Virus record (IMG/VR): IMGVR_UViG_3300021963_000049
Location: 52,689-116,688 of that record
Reading direction: 5' to 3' (one strand)
DNA length: 64,000 bases
Origin: a virus
The translations under genes and the position numbers were made by a program. Of the stretch, positions 48,674 through 59,500 are shown piece by piece (position 1 is the first letter of the stretch; each line of letters opens with the position of its first letter). The notes under the pieces were generated by a model. It did no database searches. It was not told the origin of the DNA and was given only the letters and a program-made list of their open reading frames with translations.

Positions 48674-48740
48674 GTCGCAGTTTGTTGGTTTCTGTGGCTA
48701 ACAAAAGCAAAGCCCCTACACTTGTGGGGGTTTTGTTTTA
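48674..48740 (+). ncRNA. 3'-UTR hairpin with anti-leader loop plus intrinsic terminator
   Basis: GTCGCAG-TTTGTTGGTTT-CTGTGGC, then gcccctaca/tgtgggggt plus a T tract. Confidence 0.6.
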
Positions 48741-48789
48741 TTCATACATTTGTTACTCTCATTTATTTTTAGTATATTAAATATATGGT

Positions 48790-49371
48790 ATGAAGGAATT
48801 TAAAAAACCAGATGTAAAAGCTCCTAGATTTAGACCAAGAAAGTATAGTGTCTTAAACAAAGAGTTCTTTGAAAAATTTAAAAAAAAGTATCCAAAGTAT
48901 AAAGACTTAGAGGATAAATATTTAAGACAAGTCATGAAAGACTTTAATAAAATAATTTATCAAACAGTTATAGATACTAGAGATGGAGTACAACTTCCTG
49001 AACTAATTGGATGGCTTTTTATAGGTACATGTGAGCAAAGTAAAAAACAGAATGTAGACTTTGCAAAATCAAAAAAGTATGGTGTGACAGTTACAAATAA
49101 AAATTGGGAAACAGATGGTAAGCTGGCTAAGATATTTTTTAGTAACTATGCACCAAAGCATAAAATGAGAAACAGGGAGTTCTGGGGATTTACTGCATGT
49201 AGAGAATTTAAAAGAGCTGTGGCAAGATCATATCCAGAAAACTGGAACATGTATTTAACAGCATATAATAATAAGCAAATAAAGCTCACCTATCAAAAAG
49301 TCTTTGTAAAAGACTTGAGAGAAAAAAATACTGAAAGAGCTTTAAAAACATATAATGAGTTTGATATATGA
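48790..49371 (+). CDS. IHF/HU-like protein
   Basis: GVQLPELIGWLFIG...F.ACREFKRAVA; position matches the crAss-like IHF gene before the tail genes. Confidence 0.65.
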   Translation: MKEFKKPDVKAPRFRPRKYSVLNKEFFEKFKKKYPKYKDLEDKYLRQVMKDFNKIIYQTVIDTRDGVQLPELIGWLFIGTCEQSKKQNVDFAKSKKYGVTVTNKNWETDGKLAKIFFSNYAPKHKMRNREFWGFTACREFKRAVARSYPENWNMYLTAYNNKQIKLTYQKVFVKDLREKNTERALKTYNEFDI

Positions 49372-50039
49372 CAACAATAGGGGAAGCAATATCAAGAGTG
49401 AGGAATACACTCAAAGCAGTTAAAGAGGATCCTTTTTTAACTGATAGAGTTATTTATTTCTCTTTAATAAAATATGGGCAAACTCTTTTGAAGAGAGAAG
49501 ACAATCAGTTTAGACTAATGAAAATTAGCTCAATATTTTCTGTGCTTCCTTATGTAGAATTAATTGATGTAGATAAAGTAGAAGCAGGTTGTACAGGTAT
49601 TTACTCTGGATGTTATTTTAAAAGATCAAAAGAAAAGCTGCCAACAATACTCGATGGTGCAATGGGACCAATTATCAGAACTGTGTCATCTATTGATAGT
49701 TCAATAGAAATGTTTAGAACAGATCCAGGAACTTGGACATCAATGACAAGAACAACTACTTTTAAATATAATATGAATAAATACTTTTGGTATTTAAATG
49801 GATACTTATATGCACCAAATATTGATTGGGATGCAATAAGAGTTGAAGCAATTTTTGAAGGAGATAGAGCTGAGTATTTATGTGATAAGGCTGATGCATG
49901 TGAGATTAGGCAAGACCAGCCACTTCCATTTCCAGAATATCTATTTTCAGAGATAGAACAGTATGTAATAAAAGAATTAACCATGATAGCATCTGTTCCA
50001 ACTGATGGGGCTGATGATAGCCAAAATGTATTTAGATAA
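49368..50039 (+). CDS. tail ring/tubular protein
   Basis: TDR.I, Y.WY.NGYLY, V.A.FE pattern. Confidence 0.65.
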   Translation: MTTIGEAISRVRNTLKAVKEDPFLTDRVIYFSLIKYGQTLLKREDNQFRLMKISSIFSVLPYVELIDVDKVEAGCTGIYSGCYFKRSKEKLPTILDGAMGPIIRTVSSIDSSIEMFRTDPGTWTSMTRTTTFKYNMNKYFWYLNGYLYAPNIDWDAIRVEAIFEGDRAEYLCDKADACEIRQDQPLPFPEYLFSEIEQYVIKELTMIASVPTDGADDSQNVFR

Positions 50040-51079
50040 TGGATTTTAACTACACACTCAAGTATAGAACATTTAACCAGTTGCTGGAGGATGTTACTAT
50101 TGATCTTAATACTTTTGCTCTTGAAAATATGATTGAGCCACAGCAGTTAATTAAACTTGCTAAGAAACTTAATTATGAATTAGGCTTAAGAATTAATCAA
50201 ACAAAAGAAGTAGTTCTAGAAGTATGTCATGGTAAAGTAAAATTACCAGATGATTTCTATGTATGGAACTATGGTTTAGTTTGTTTAGACAGAGAAGAAA
50301 GAATTGGATATGGTGGTATGCAAGGTGGAACTAATATTCAAGAGGTTCCATATCAAGAAGTACCAAGTACTGTAAATCCATGTGCTCCCGCTACTGTAAA
50401 CTGTAGAACATGTAATTCTAATCCATGTAATCAAACTGCAGCTTGTGATCTTAATCATCCTGTAGTAGATCCAATACCTACTGTATATGATCCTAATAAT
50501 CCATATGGAAATACATGTGTTCCACCAAGAGTTTTTATGAACTGTAAAGGAGAGCAGTATGAATTAGTTCAAGTAATTAATCCAGGTCTTACAAGAACAT
50601 ATAGAACTCTTGCTCCATTAAGAATGAAGAACAGTCAAGAGATAGATTGTGAGTGTCCAAATCTTTATTATAATAGTGCAAATGAAGGTTGGCTTAAGGA
50701 TGGTTATTTATATACAACCTTTGAAACCGGAAATGTATATATCAATTATCAAGGAGCAATGGAAGATGCAGATGGCAACTTACTTGTTCCAGATCATGAT
50801 TTATTAAATGAGTACTATGAGTATGCTTTTAAACAAAGAATACTTGAGAACTTATTTATTAATGGAGAAGATGTTGCTCAAAGAATGCAAATAATTGAGC
50901 AGAGAATAAGACCAGCTAGAAACTTAGCATTATCATTAGTTAACACTCCTAACTTTAAAGAGATGGAGAAAATGTGGTGGACTAATAGAAGAGCCATGTA
51001 TGCAAAATACTATGATATGTTTAAGTCATATACATATGGTAATTATGCTAGGAGAATGTATAATACTAGAGTTATATAA
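50039..51079 (+). CDS. tail tubular/ring protein with Cys-rich insert
   Basis: KVKLP.DF, YT.FETG.VYINY.G...D.DG.LLVPD. Confidence 0.65.
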   Translation: MDFNYTLKYRTFNQLLEDVTIDLNTFALENMIEPQQLIKLAKKLNYELGLRINQTKEVVLEVCHGKVKLPDDFYVWNYGLVCLDREERIGYGGMQGGTNIQEVPYQEVPSTVNPCAPATVNCRTCNSNPCNQTAACDLNHPVVDPIPTVYDPNNPYGNTCVPPRVFMNCKGEQYELVQVINPGLTRTYRTLAPLRMKNSQEIDCECPNLYYNSANEGWLKDGYLYTTFETGNVYINYQGAMEDADGNLLVPDHDLLNEYYEYAFKQRILENLFINGEDVAQRMQIIEQRIRPARNLALSLVNTPNFKEMEKMWWTNRRAMYAKYYDMFKSYTYGNYARRMYNTRVI

Positions 51080-51081
51080 TT

Positions 51082-54000
51082 ATGGCAGAAAATAATTTAC
51101 AAGATACCAGTAAATTAATTACTAATACATTTGTTAAGGGTTTAAATAAAGATTCAGATCCTTCATATGTGTCTGAAGGTATGTGGACACATGCTGTAAA
51201 TGCTGTTAATAATAGTGTAGAAGGTGATGTAGGTTCATTATCTAATGAAGTTTCAAATTATTTATGTGCAACGGCAGGTGAGACTATGCCACTAAATATT
51301 GCAGAAAAATATATAATAGGAGCAATATACTTATACTCTGATAAATGGGCAATATTTACTGCAGGTCACAATGCATTAGGACAACCTGTTATGTCAGAGA
51401 TTGGACTTCTTGAAGAAGATAGATGTATATATAGACCAATAGTACAAGACATCTGTTTAAGATTTGATAAAAGATATCTTATATCCGGGGCTTCTAGAGA
51501 AAAAGAAGATTGCACCTGGCAAGTATATTGGGCTGATGGAAAAAATCCAGATAGATATTTAAATATAGGAGATCCTAAAACTTGGCCACCTAGTGATTTT
51601 TCATGGTTAGGTGGTGGTGCTTCTTCTATGAACTATTATTCAAATGGTACACAGCAAATGCTTTGGCCAGGAGTTGCATGGAATCAGGATTGTGAACTTG
51701 TAGATAATTGTAACATATGTACAGATCTTAATTCACTTGACTGTGACCAAACAAGATTAGCAAGATTAATGGAAACACCTTGTCTTAATTTAAGACTTGG
51801 TAATCAAGGTGGAACACTAGCAAATGGAACTTATTTTGCAGTTATTACATATACTATAAAAGGTCAAAAAGTAACTGATTATTTCTCACAAAGTAATAAT
51901 CAATTTATATATACTGTTAATGATCTAGAAGGATCTTTAAACTTAGAAGTTTCTGCGGACTCTGAAAACTTTGATGAGTTTGAGTTAGTAATTGTACAAA
52001 ATATAAATCAAGGTACAGTTGCAAAAAGAATGGGTGTTTACTCTACTAAGACTACTTCAATTTCTATAGATCAAATAGATCCGACAAACATTACTGTACC
52101 AATAGAACAATTACCAATTCAAACTCCTGTTTATGAGAAGTCAGATCAAATAACAGAAGTTAATGAATATTTACTTAGAGTTGGTCCTACATCTAAATTT
52201 GATTTTAATTATCAACCTCTTGCTAATTTGATTAGATCAAGATGGGCATCTGTTGAGTATCCAGCTGATTATTACATAAAAGGTGGTAATAAAACAAACT
52301 ATCTTAGAGATGAAGTTTATTGCTTTTTTATAAGATGGGTGTATGATACTGGAGACAAGTCTTCATCATATCATATCCCAGGTAGAGCACCAAGAGATTT
52401 TACTATTCCTTTAACCGGAGCTTTAGTAAGTGAAACACAATCTTTAGTAAATCCAAATACACTAACTCCAGGAGAATCAGTATTTCAAGTATATAATACT
52501 GCAAATACATTATCAAGTCCACTGATTGGTTCTAACACAGATGATGGTGGAACAGTCATAGCAACTGGAGAAATGGGCTATTGGGAATCATCAGAATCTT
52601 ATCCAGATAATAGACCTGATATATGGAACTCATCAAATTACTGCTGGACTAATGTTCCAGTAGATCCAGTAACTAGTCTTCCTATACCTAATACAAATTA
52701 TGATTTGTGTGGTCAAAAAATTAGACACCATAAGTTTCCAGAAAACTATATAAATAATAATAGTACAACTAATGTTATTCACTTTAGAAGAAATGTAAAC
52801 TCAAGTACTACAGGGCCTCAAAACTTTATTAGAATACTTGGAGTATATTTTGAGAATATAATATTACCAAAGGATAATGATGGTGAAGATATTCCGGGGA
52901 TTGTAGGCTTTGAAATATTAAGAGGTTCTAGAGAAGGTAATAAAACTATTATTGCCAAAGGAATGGTCAATAACTTAAGAAGTTATGAAATAAGAGGTGG
53001 TAGCAAAAAAGGAAGAATTGGTTTATATCCAAACTATCCATTTAATACTATCTATCCACTTAATAACCAAAGCACAAACCCAGGTCTTCATAACTTTAGT
53101 TATAATGATCCATATATAAAAAATGAAAAGACTAATGGTGATTATGTAAATCAAATAGTTCCAAAAGATGTATTTACATTTCACTCACCAGATACAATGT
53201 TTAGAACTCCTTTCTTATCTACAAGTGAGTTTAAAATATATGGTCACTTAAAAGGATATGCTGAACAACAGTTTTTGTTTCCAGACAAGCATCCAAAGTT
53301 TAAGCTTCTATCAAATCTTGCAATACTTCCTATGATTATCACTGGGGTTGCCCAAGGTATTATTTCAATGCTTGGTAAGAAAACAGTAAACCAACCTGAT
53401 ATATTAGGAGCTAGTGGTGTTTCAGATGCAGCAGGTGTTGCAGCAGCTACTTATACAACTGCAGCAACAGCATTAGGACTTCCAGTAACTGGACCATTAG
53501 CACTTTATAATACATTTGTAAATAACTATTATTCATCTGGTACAGCATTATTAGATGTAGCAGCAGAATTTATACCTTTTGTACCAACAGCAGCAGTTAC
53601 TGCAGAAAATACACTTATTACAGCATTAAATGCAAGTGCTATTGCTCAAGTAAATGCTCCAGTAATTAGAACTGGCGCAATAGAATTACCAGACTTTGCA
53701 TATTTACCCGGAGCCGTTAAAACATTAGGAGCTATAAATCAGTTAGCATTTTATTTTTCAGAAGGTGCAGAGATAGCTTTAAGAATATTATATGCAGTAG
53801 TTACATATAAGCAATATGCATTACAGAGTATGTCATATGGTTTCTATGATAATATGAATAGTAATCCGGTTTCAGAAATATTTAGATTTAAAATCCAAGA
53901 TAGTTTTTATATAAGAGATAATATTCAAGAAGTTAATAGGTATCAAACAAGCTCCGGTGTCTGGACTTCTTATATGATAAACAACTTAAAGAGATCAGAT

Positions 54001-56562
54001 GCCGTTGTAGTAAGAACAGTAAATGGAGCAGATGTAACAGATGGTCCTAGCTTCATTGGTGTTCCAACTAATGCTTCAGGTTTTCCAACAGGTAATCAAT
54101 TATCTGGACTTGATAAATCTCTTGTAACATTAGGGTCACTAAATCAAAGTTACTATGGAGCTAACTCTTCTGCTTCAATACTAGCTCCCGGTGGTTTTCC
54201 TAATTTTCAAAATCCAGATACATCTTTTGGTTTACCAATTGGAAGTCATTATGGGGCCCTCAAAGGAAGAGTTGTAAACCAATATGGTCAGCTTGAATCA
54301 GTAAGGCAAATAGTAATTACTCCATGTGAGCAAAAACTAAATACTTATTTGCTCAGCAATATTGGTCCATTTAATTGTGGCGGATTAGCATACACACAAA
54401 GAAAAGTTATATCAACACCAGTATTCTTTAATGGAGATACTTACATAAATAGATATACTGAAAAGAATAACATGATGTTCTTCTATGACTGGTTATATGA
54501 TCAGCCAGATGGCTTTGAGTATAATTACTATCTAAGGAACATGATTTCATCAACAAGGTTTGTTGTTAACAGCCAGTTGTATGAACCAGCAAATCTTTCA
54601 GGTTTAATAGATATAGCAAGTGTTGTTGCACCATCAACAGGTAGTGGAGCATATCCAGGAGAGTTTTATAATCTTGATTTCTATATTGATCCAACAAGAT
54701 ATTATAATTATGGGATTGATCAAAATATGGGTCCCCTTGGGCCATTCCCATTTAACTTAATCTTTGATGGTTATAGAGGTACTTTTAGTGTAAAGCAAGC
54801 CTACTTCTATTTAGCTAATTCATCTATAAGAGATTTCTTTGTTGAGTCAGATGTACTAATAGACTTTAGACAACAAGGGTTACTAGATGGGGAGAAGCAC
54901 TATGATCCATATAGATTTACTAACTATCAGGTTATGTTCAGCATGAATCCTGATGTGATGGGTAGAAATAGTATCTATGCATATGACTATTCTTTAAGTG
55001 TTTCTAAATTATATAACCAATACTTTTCTGCTGGTAACTTACAGTCTAGATACTATGATCCAAATGTAGCAGAACTATGCTATACTTATTATCCGGATAG
55101 AGTAATATACTCACTACCTCAGCAAATTGAATCTATAAAAGATAGCTGGTTTGTATACTTAGTTAACAACTATAAAGAGTTTAAGTCTCAGATTAGTGGA
55201 GTTAAATCTATAAACAAAAGTGGTATTATAATTACTTTTAAGAATGATAGTCCATTAATGTATCAAGGTGTAGATACACTTGAAACAGATCTTGGTACAA
55301 AAATTACAATTGGAGATGGTGGTTTATTTAGCCAGCCTCAACAATCTATATCCAATGCTGATAAGTCCTATGAGTATGGATCATCTCAAAACAGATTGTC
55401 TGTTATTTCAACTCCTGTGGGAATATTCTACATGTCACAAAACCAAGGTAAGATATTTAACTATGGTCAAGGACTTACTGAAATTTCTCAAGCTGGATTA
55501 AAATGGTGGTTTACTTTGTATTTACCATATAAGTTAACAGAAGATTTTCCAGAATATCCATGGCAAGATAATCCAGTAGTAGGTATTGGTTGTCAGTCAG
55601 TATATGATAATACCAGCAGTTTACTTTATTTCTGTAAAAAAGATTATAAGCTTAAAGCTCAGTATAAAGGTAAAGTAACTTATGTACCTATTACACCAAA
55701 AGGACAAGGAGATTACTTTACATTAAGTTCAAATCCAGGCTCAAGATATAAATTAGGTGATCCAGATATATTTGATAATGCATCTTGGACAGTAAGTTAT
55801 GATCCTAAGAATCAGTTCTTTATATCATTCCATGACTGGCATCCAGATTTACTAATACCAACTAAAGATACTTTCTTAAGTACAAAAAGAAATGGTATGT
55901 GGAAGCATAACTTTTTATGTAATGACTTCTGCCAGTTCTATGGTCAAAGATATCCATTTGAGGTAGAGATACCAATTATTACTGGACAGACTGTAATGAC
56001 TACAAGATCTATAGAATACATACTTGAGTGTTATAGAAGAAGCAGTACAAGCTGTATAGATCAACACAATGTAGCAGATTATAATTTTGATCAAGCTATT
56101 GTATATAACGCAGAGCAAGTATCCGGGTACTTAAACTTAAACCTATTCCCAAAGAACAATATAACATTAAGCTTACAGTATCCTAAGTTAAATGCTAACT
56201 TGTCCTCATATGATATATTATTTTCTAAAGAGGAAAACAAATATAGGTTTAACCAGTTCTGGGATATAACTAGAGATAGAGCTGAGTTTCCTATTGGGTC
56301 AGACTATCCTCCTACTGGACCTGTAATACCAGGTAGTACTATTCTTCAAGGTAACTATGATTCTCAAAATACATGGGTAACAGGTCCTGATGGTTATAAT
56401 AGAATTCTTAATCCAAACAACATGAACTATAATAAGGAATTGTTGCAGAGAAAAAAGTTTAGGCATTACTTAAACTACTTAAACTTAAGAAGAAATGTAT
56501 CTACAGATGTAAACATGATCCTTAAAATAGTAAATAGTAAAAATCAATATTCCCCTAGATAA
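51082..56562 (+). CDS. tail stabilisation/muzzle protein
   Basis: 1826 aa; F.KGLNKD N-terminus, YLRDEVY.F.IRW, IRHHKFP, F.SFHDW.P. Confidence 0.8.
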   Translation: MAENNLQDTSKLITNTFVKGLNKDSDPSYVSEGMWTHAVNAVNNSVEGDVGSLSNEVSNYLCATAGETMPLNIAEKYIIGAIYLYSDKWAIFTAGHNALGQPVMSEIGLLEEDRCIYRPIVQDICLRFDKRYLISGASREKEDCTWQVYWADGKNPDRYLNIGDPKTWPPSDFSWLGGGASSMNYYSNGTQQMLWPGVAWNQDCELVDNCNICTDLNSLDCDQTRLARLMETPCLNLRLGNQGGTLANGTYFAVITYTIKGQKVTDYFSQSNNQFIYTVNDLEGSLNLEVSADSENFDEFELVIVQNINQGTVAKRMGVYSTKTTSISIDQIDPTNITVPIEQLPIQTPVYEKSDQITEVNEYLLRVGPTSKFDFNYQPLANLIRSRWASVEYPADYYIKGGNKTNYLRDEVYCFFIRWVYDTGDKSSSYHIPGRAPRDFTIPLTGALVSETQSLVNPNTLTPGESVFQVYNTANTLSSPLIGSNTDDGGTVIATGEMGYWESSESYPDNRPDIWNSSNYCWTNVPVDPVTSLPIPNTNYDLCGQKIRHHKFPENYINNNSTTNVIHFRRNVNSSTTGPQNFIRILGVYFENIILPKDNDGEDIPGIVGFEILRGSREGNKTIIAKGMVNNLRSYEIRGGSKKGRIGLYPNYPFNTIYPLNNQSTNPGLHNFSYNDPYIKNEKTNGDYVNQIVPKDVFTFHSPDTMFRTPFLSTSEFKIYGHLKGYAEQQFLFPDKHPKFKLLSNLAILPMIITGVAQGIISMLGKKTVNQPDILGASGVSDAAGVAAATYTTAATALGLPVTGPLALYNTFVNNYYSSGTALLDVAAEFIPFVPTAAVTAENTLITALNASAIAQVNAPVIRTGAIELPDFAYLPGAVKTLGAINQLAFYFSEGAEIALRILYAVVTYKQYALQSMSYGFYDNMNSNPVSEIFRFKIQDSFYIRDNIQEVNRYQTSSGVWTSYMINNLKRSDAVVVRTVNGADVTDGPSFIGVPTNASGFPTGNQLSGLDKSLVTLGSLNQSYYGANSSASILAPGGFPNFQNPDTSFGLPIGSHYGALKGRVVNQYGQLESVRQIVITPCEQKLNTYLLSNIGPFNCGGLAYTQRKVISTPVFFNGDTYINRYTEKNNMMFFYDWLYDQPDGFEYNYYLRNMISSTRFVVNSQLYEPANLSGLIDIASVVAPSTGSGAYPGEFYNLDFYIDPTRYYNYGIDQNMGPLGPFPFNLIFDGYRGTFSVKQAYFYLANSSIRDFFVESDVLIDFRQQGLLDGEKHYDPYRFTNYQVMFSMNPDVMGRNSIYAYDYSLSVSKLYNQYFSAGNLQSRYYDPNVAELCYTYYPDRVIYSLPQQIESIKDSWFVYLVNNYKEFKSQISGVKSINKSGIIITFKNDSPLMYQGVDTLETDLGTKITIGDGGLFSQPQQSISNADKSYEYGSSQNRLSVISTPVGIFYMSQNQGKIFNYGQGLTEISQAGLKWWFTLYLPYKLTEDFPEYPWQDNPVVGIGCQSVYDNTSSLLYFCKKDYKLKAQYKGKVTYVPITPKGQGDYFTLSSNPGSRYKLGDPDIFDNASWTVSYDPKNQFFISFHDWHPDLLIPTKDTFLSTKRNGMWKHNFLCNDFCQFYGQRYPFEVEIPIITGQTVMTTRSIEYILECYRRSSTSCIDQHNVADYNFDQAIVYNAEQVSGYLNLNLFPKNNITLSLQYPKLNANLSSYDILFSKEENKYRFNQFWDITRDRAEFPIGSDYPPTGPVIPGSTILQGNYDSQNTWVTGPDGYNRILNPNNMNYNKELLQRKKFRHYLNYLNLRRNVSTDVNMILKIVNSKNQYSPR

Positions 56563-59500
56563 TGAGTGTTAAAGTTTCTAAATCTAAAATTCCAGGTGCT
56601 GGTAAAGGTTTATTTACTACTAAGCCTTTTGCAAAAGGTGAGTTAATAGGTCTAGCACACAAAGATGGTCAACCGGTTGGTAACATTGGAAAAATGCATA
56701 ATCACTCTGAAGAGCCAACTGCATATAGTGTAAAGCTTGGAAATAAAAGGTTTGTATATGCTAATAGAGATCTTGATAAAGGAGAAGAGATAACTACTGA
56801 TTACAGAATGCAGCCGGAGCTTGAGCAACCAGATGATTTTAAAAAAGGTGGTTCAGTTCCTAAACTACCAAAAAAGAAAAATGCTAAAGCTTGGTCAAGA
56901 AGTATAGAAGCAACAAATAGGTTGTTTACAAAGAATCCATTATTTGAACAACCTAAGTCTAGGAAGAATAAAGTATATGATCCAAAGGCTAAATACTATC
57001 AAGATGGTGGAGAACTTCCAGATGACTATCAAGAGTTCTTAGATTACTCAGCAACTGCTCCAGAAAATAGACAACCTGGACCAGATTATTTTTATGGTAA
57101 TCCTGATGATTATGATCACTATGGTATGTGGGATGCATTAGGTAAGCCTAAGAATTTTGAAGAGGCATTGCAAATGAATCCAGACTGGACACCAGATGAA
57201 TATGATGGTATGTATCATGGTTTCAGTGTTAATCCTAACACAGGAGTATTTCTTAAAGCTGGTAAACCAGGTGGTATAAAAGAAGGGGATACTACATGGA
57301 TGGAAATAGCTGGACATTATCTAAGTCCAAGAGCTCAAGTTGACACACCAGTATTTGATATTGATTTACAAAGATTTAAATATATACCAAATAAACAAAA
57401 TGGTGGTAGCAAGCTAGGACCTATATTACTAAACTCTGGTAGATTTGCTGCTAAGAAATATCCATTTGGTAAATTCTCAGGAGTATTTAAAAAACAAGAA
57501 GGAGGAGAACCAGAATATAACAACCTACCACCTACATATCTAACTGCATTAAGAAACTTTATATATCCTAATGTAGTAGCTGATCCTAGAAGAACAGGAC
57601 ATAATGCATTAACAAATACTATTTCTTATGACCCAGAGAGTCCAATAGAAAATGTAAACAATGACTGGTGGATGGAGCATGAGTTATTTCATGAGCTCCA
57701 GAATCAAGCCGGGGGATTAAGTACCTCTGGTATAGTTGGTGAAAGACCAAATCAGTATGTTGCATCTGATCAAGCTATACAATCTTATTATGATAGAAGA
57801 GATGCTGATGTGAATAGAGTAGTAGATCAGATGATTGCAGAAAATCCAGAGCTTCAATTTATACCAAGAGAAAGGTTAATTGAAGGCAGCCCTGCTTTTG
57901 TTGGAGCTGAGTCTCTTCAATATGGAGATCCTACTACACTAGAGGGTGAGGCAAGACAGTATGAGCAATATATAGAAGCTGGTAATCCATCTATCTTTCC
58001 ACAAGGTCCAGATAATTATGTAGAACTAGAACTTACTCCAGAAGAAATTGATCAGTATGCAAAAGGTGGATACATAGTAGAAGATATCTCTGTACCTTCA
58101 TTAACTAGATTTCAGAAGGGAGGTAAGAAAAAGAAAAAGCTAAATAGGGATAACTATAAGTACTATAAACATCCTTCTGCTCCAGGTAGAACATTTGCTA
58201 AAGACAGCAAAGGTAATTGGAAAGAAGTAGTTAATAATGAACTTAGAGAAATTGGTTATGATCCAAATTATTATTTAACACCACATGTCAAAGAATTAAC
58301 TGAAGAAGAGAAAAAGATAGCTTTATCTCCTGGAATGAGTCAGTATAATCCAAAAGATTTAAAAGAAGTACAAATAAAAAGACAGCCTACGCAAATGGAG
58401 CTGTATCTGAAAGAATATGAAGATATGAATGGATATGATTCATATATGAGTAATAGAGCAGAAAGATATTTTAAAAATAGTGCTTATCCAGGACTTGATA
58501 GGGCATTTGGGTATAGAGATTTAGAAAGTCTTTCACAAAAAATTAAAGATAAATGGACTGCAGAATACAACCGTAATAAAAATACTTATGCTACTGAAAG
58601 ATATTTAAGAGATTATTTAGGTGTAGATCCAGATAAAAGAGGTCAATGGGTTGATAAAGTAAGTGATACATCTTCATATGAAGGAAAAAAGATATTGAGA
58701 ACAATAGCTAATTCAGAATATGGATATAAACTAAAGCCAAATCTTTTTGCAAGATTTGTTGGTGGTTTAACAGAAACATTAAACTGGATTAATCCTATTA
58801 ATGCTGCTCAAAATGCTTATGAGTATGTTACAGGTACAGATTATTATAATCCAACTGAGATAGGTAATGTACTACCAGATTATCTATCTGAAAAAGAATT
58901 TGAAGAAATTACTCCATTAGATGTTTTTGCTCCAGCAGAATATATACCTAGAGTAATTTTAAATTCAACTATAGAGGCATTAGATCCAAATACTGATGTT
59001 AGTTTAAATACTATTAGTGGTTATAGAAATCCTAATATTAGAGATGAAGATGAAGCAGTTGCAAATATAGTAAGTGGAGTTGTACAAGCTCCTGCATTAG
59101 TAGCATCTTTGCCTAGTATGGTTAAATCAGGAGCCAATGTTGCAAAAAAACTTTTATCATCAACTGATGATGCGGGTAAATTAATTGCACAAACAGAAAA
59201 TGTAGCTGAAGCAGCTTCAGATGTAAGAGCATTAAATAAAGTAGATGAATTACCGGGATCTGTTAATTCTAATGCTGGAGTTAGTAATATAAAAGTACAA
59301 TCTAATGCTACACCAACAAATGGTAGTCCTGGTGTATTAAATTCTGTAAGCAAAACAGTTTCAGAAAAACCAGTAATAACAACAAATAATACAACAACCT
59401 TTACTAATTCAGAAGATTATTTAAATGATCTAATGACTAAATATCCAATTTCTGAAGAAGAAGCAGTTAAGTTTATTCAAGAATATAGCAAAACTGTAGG

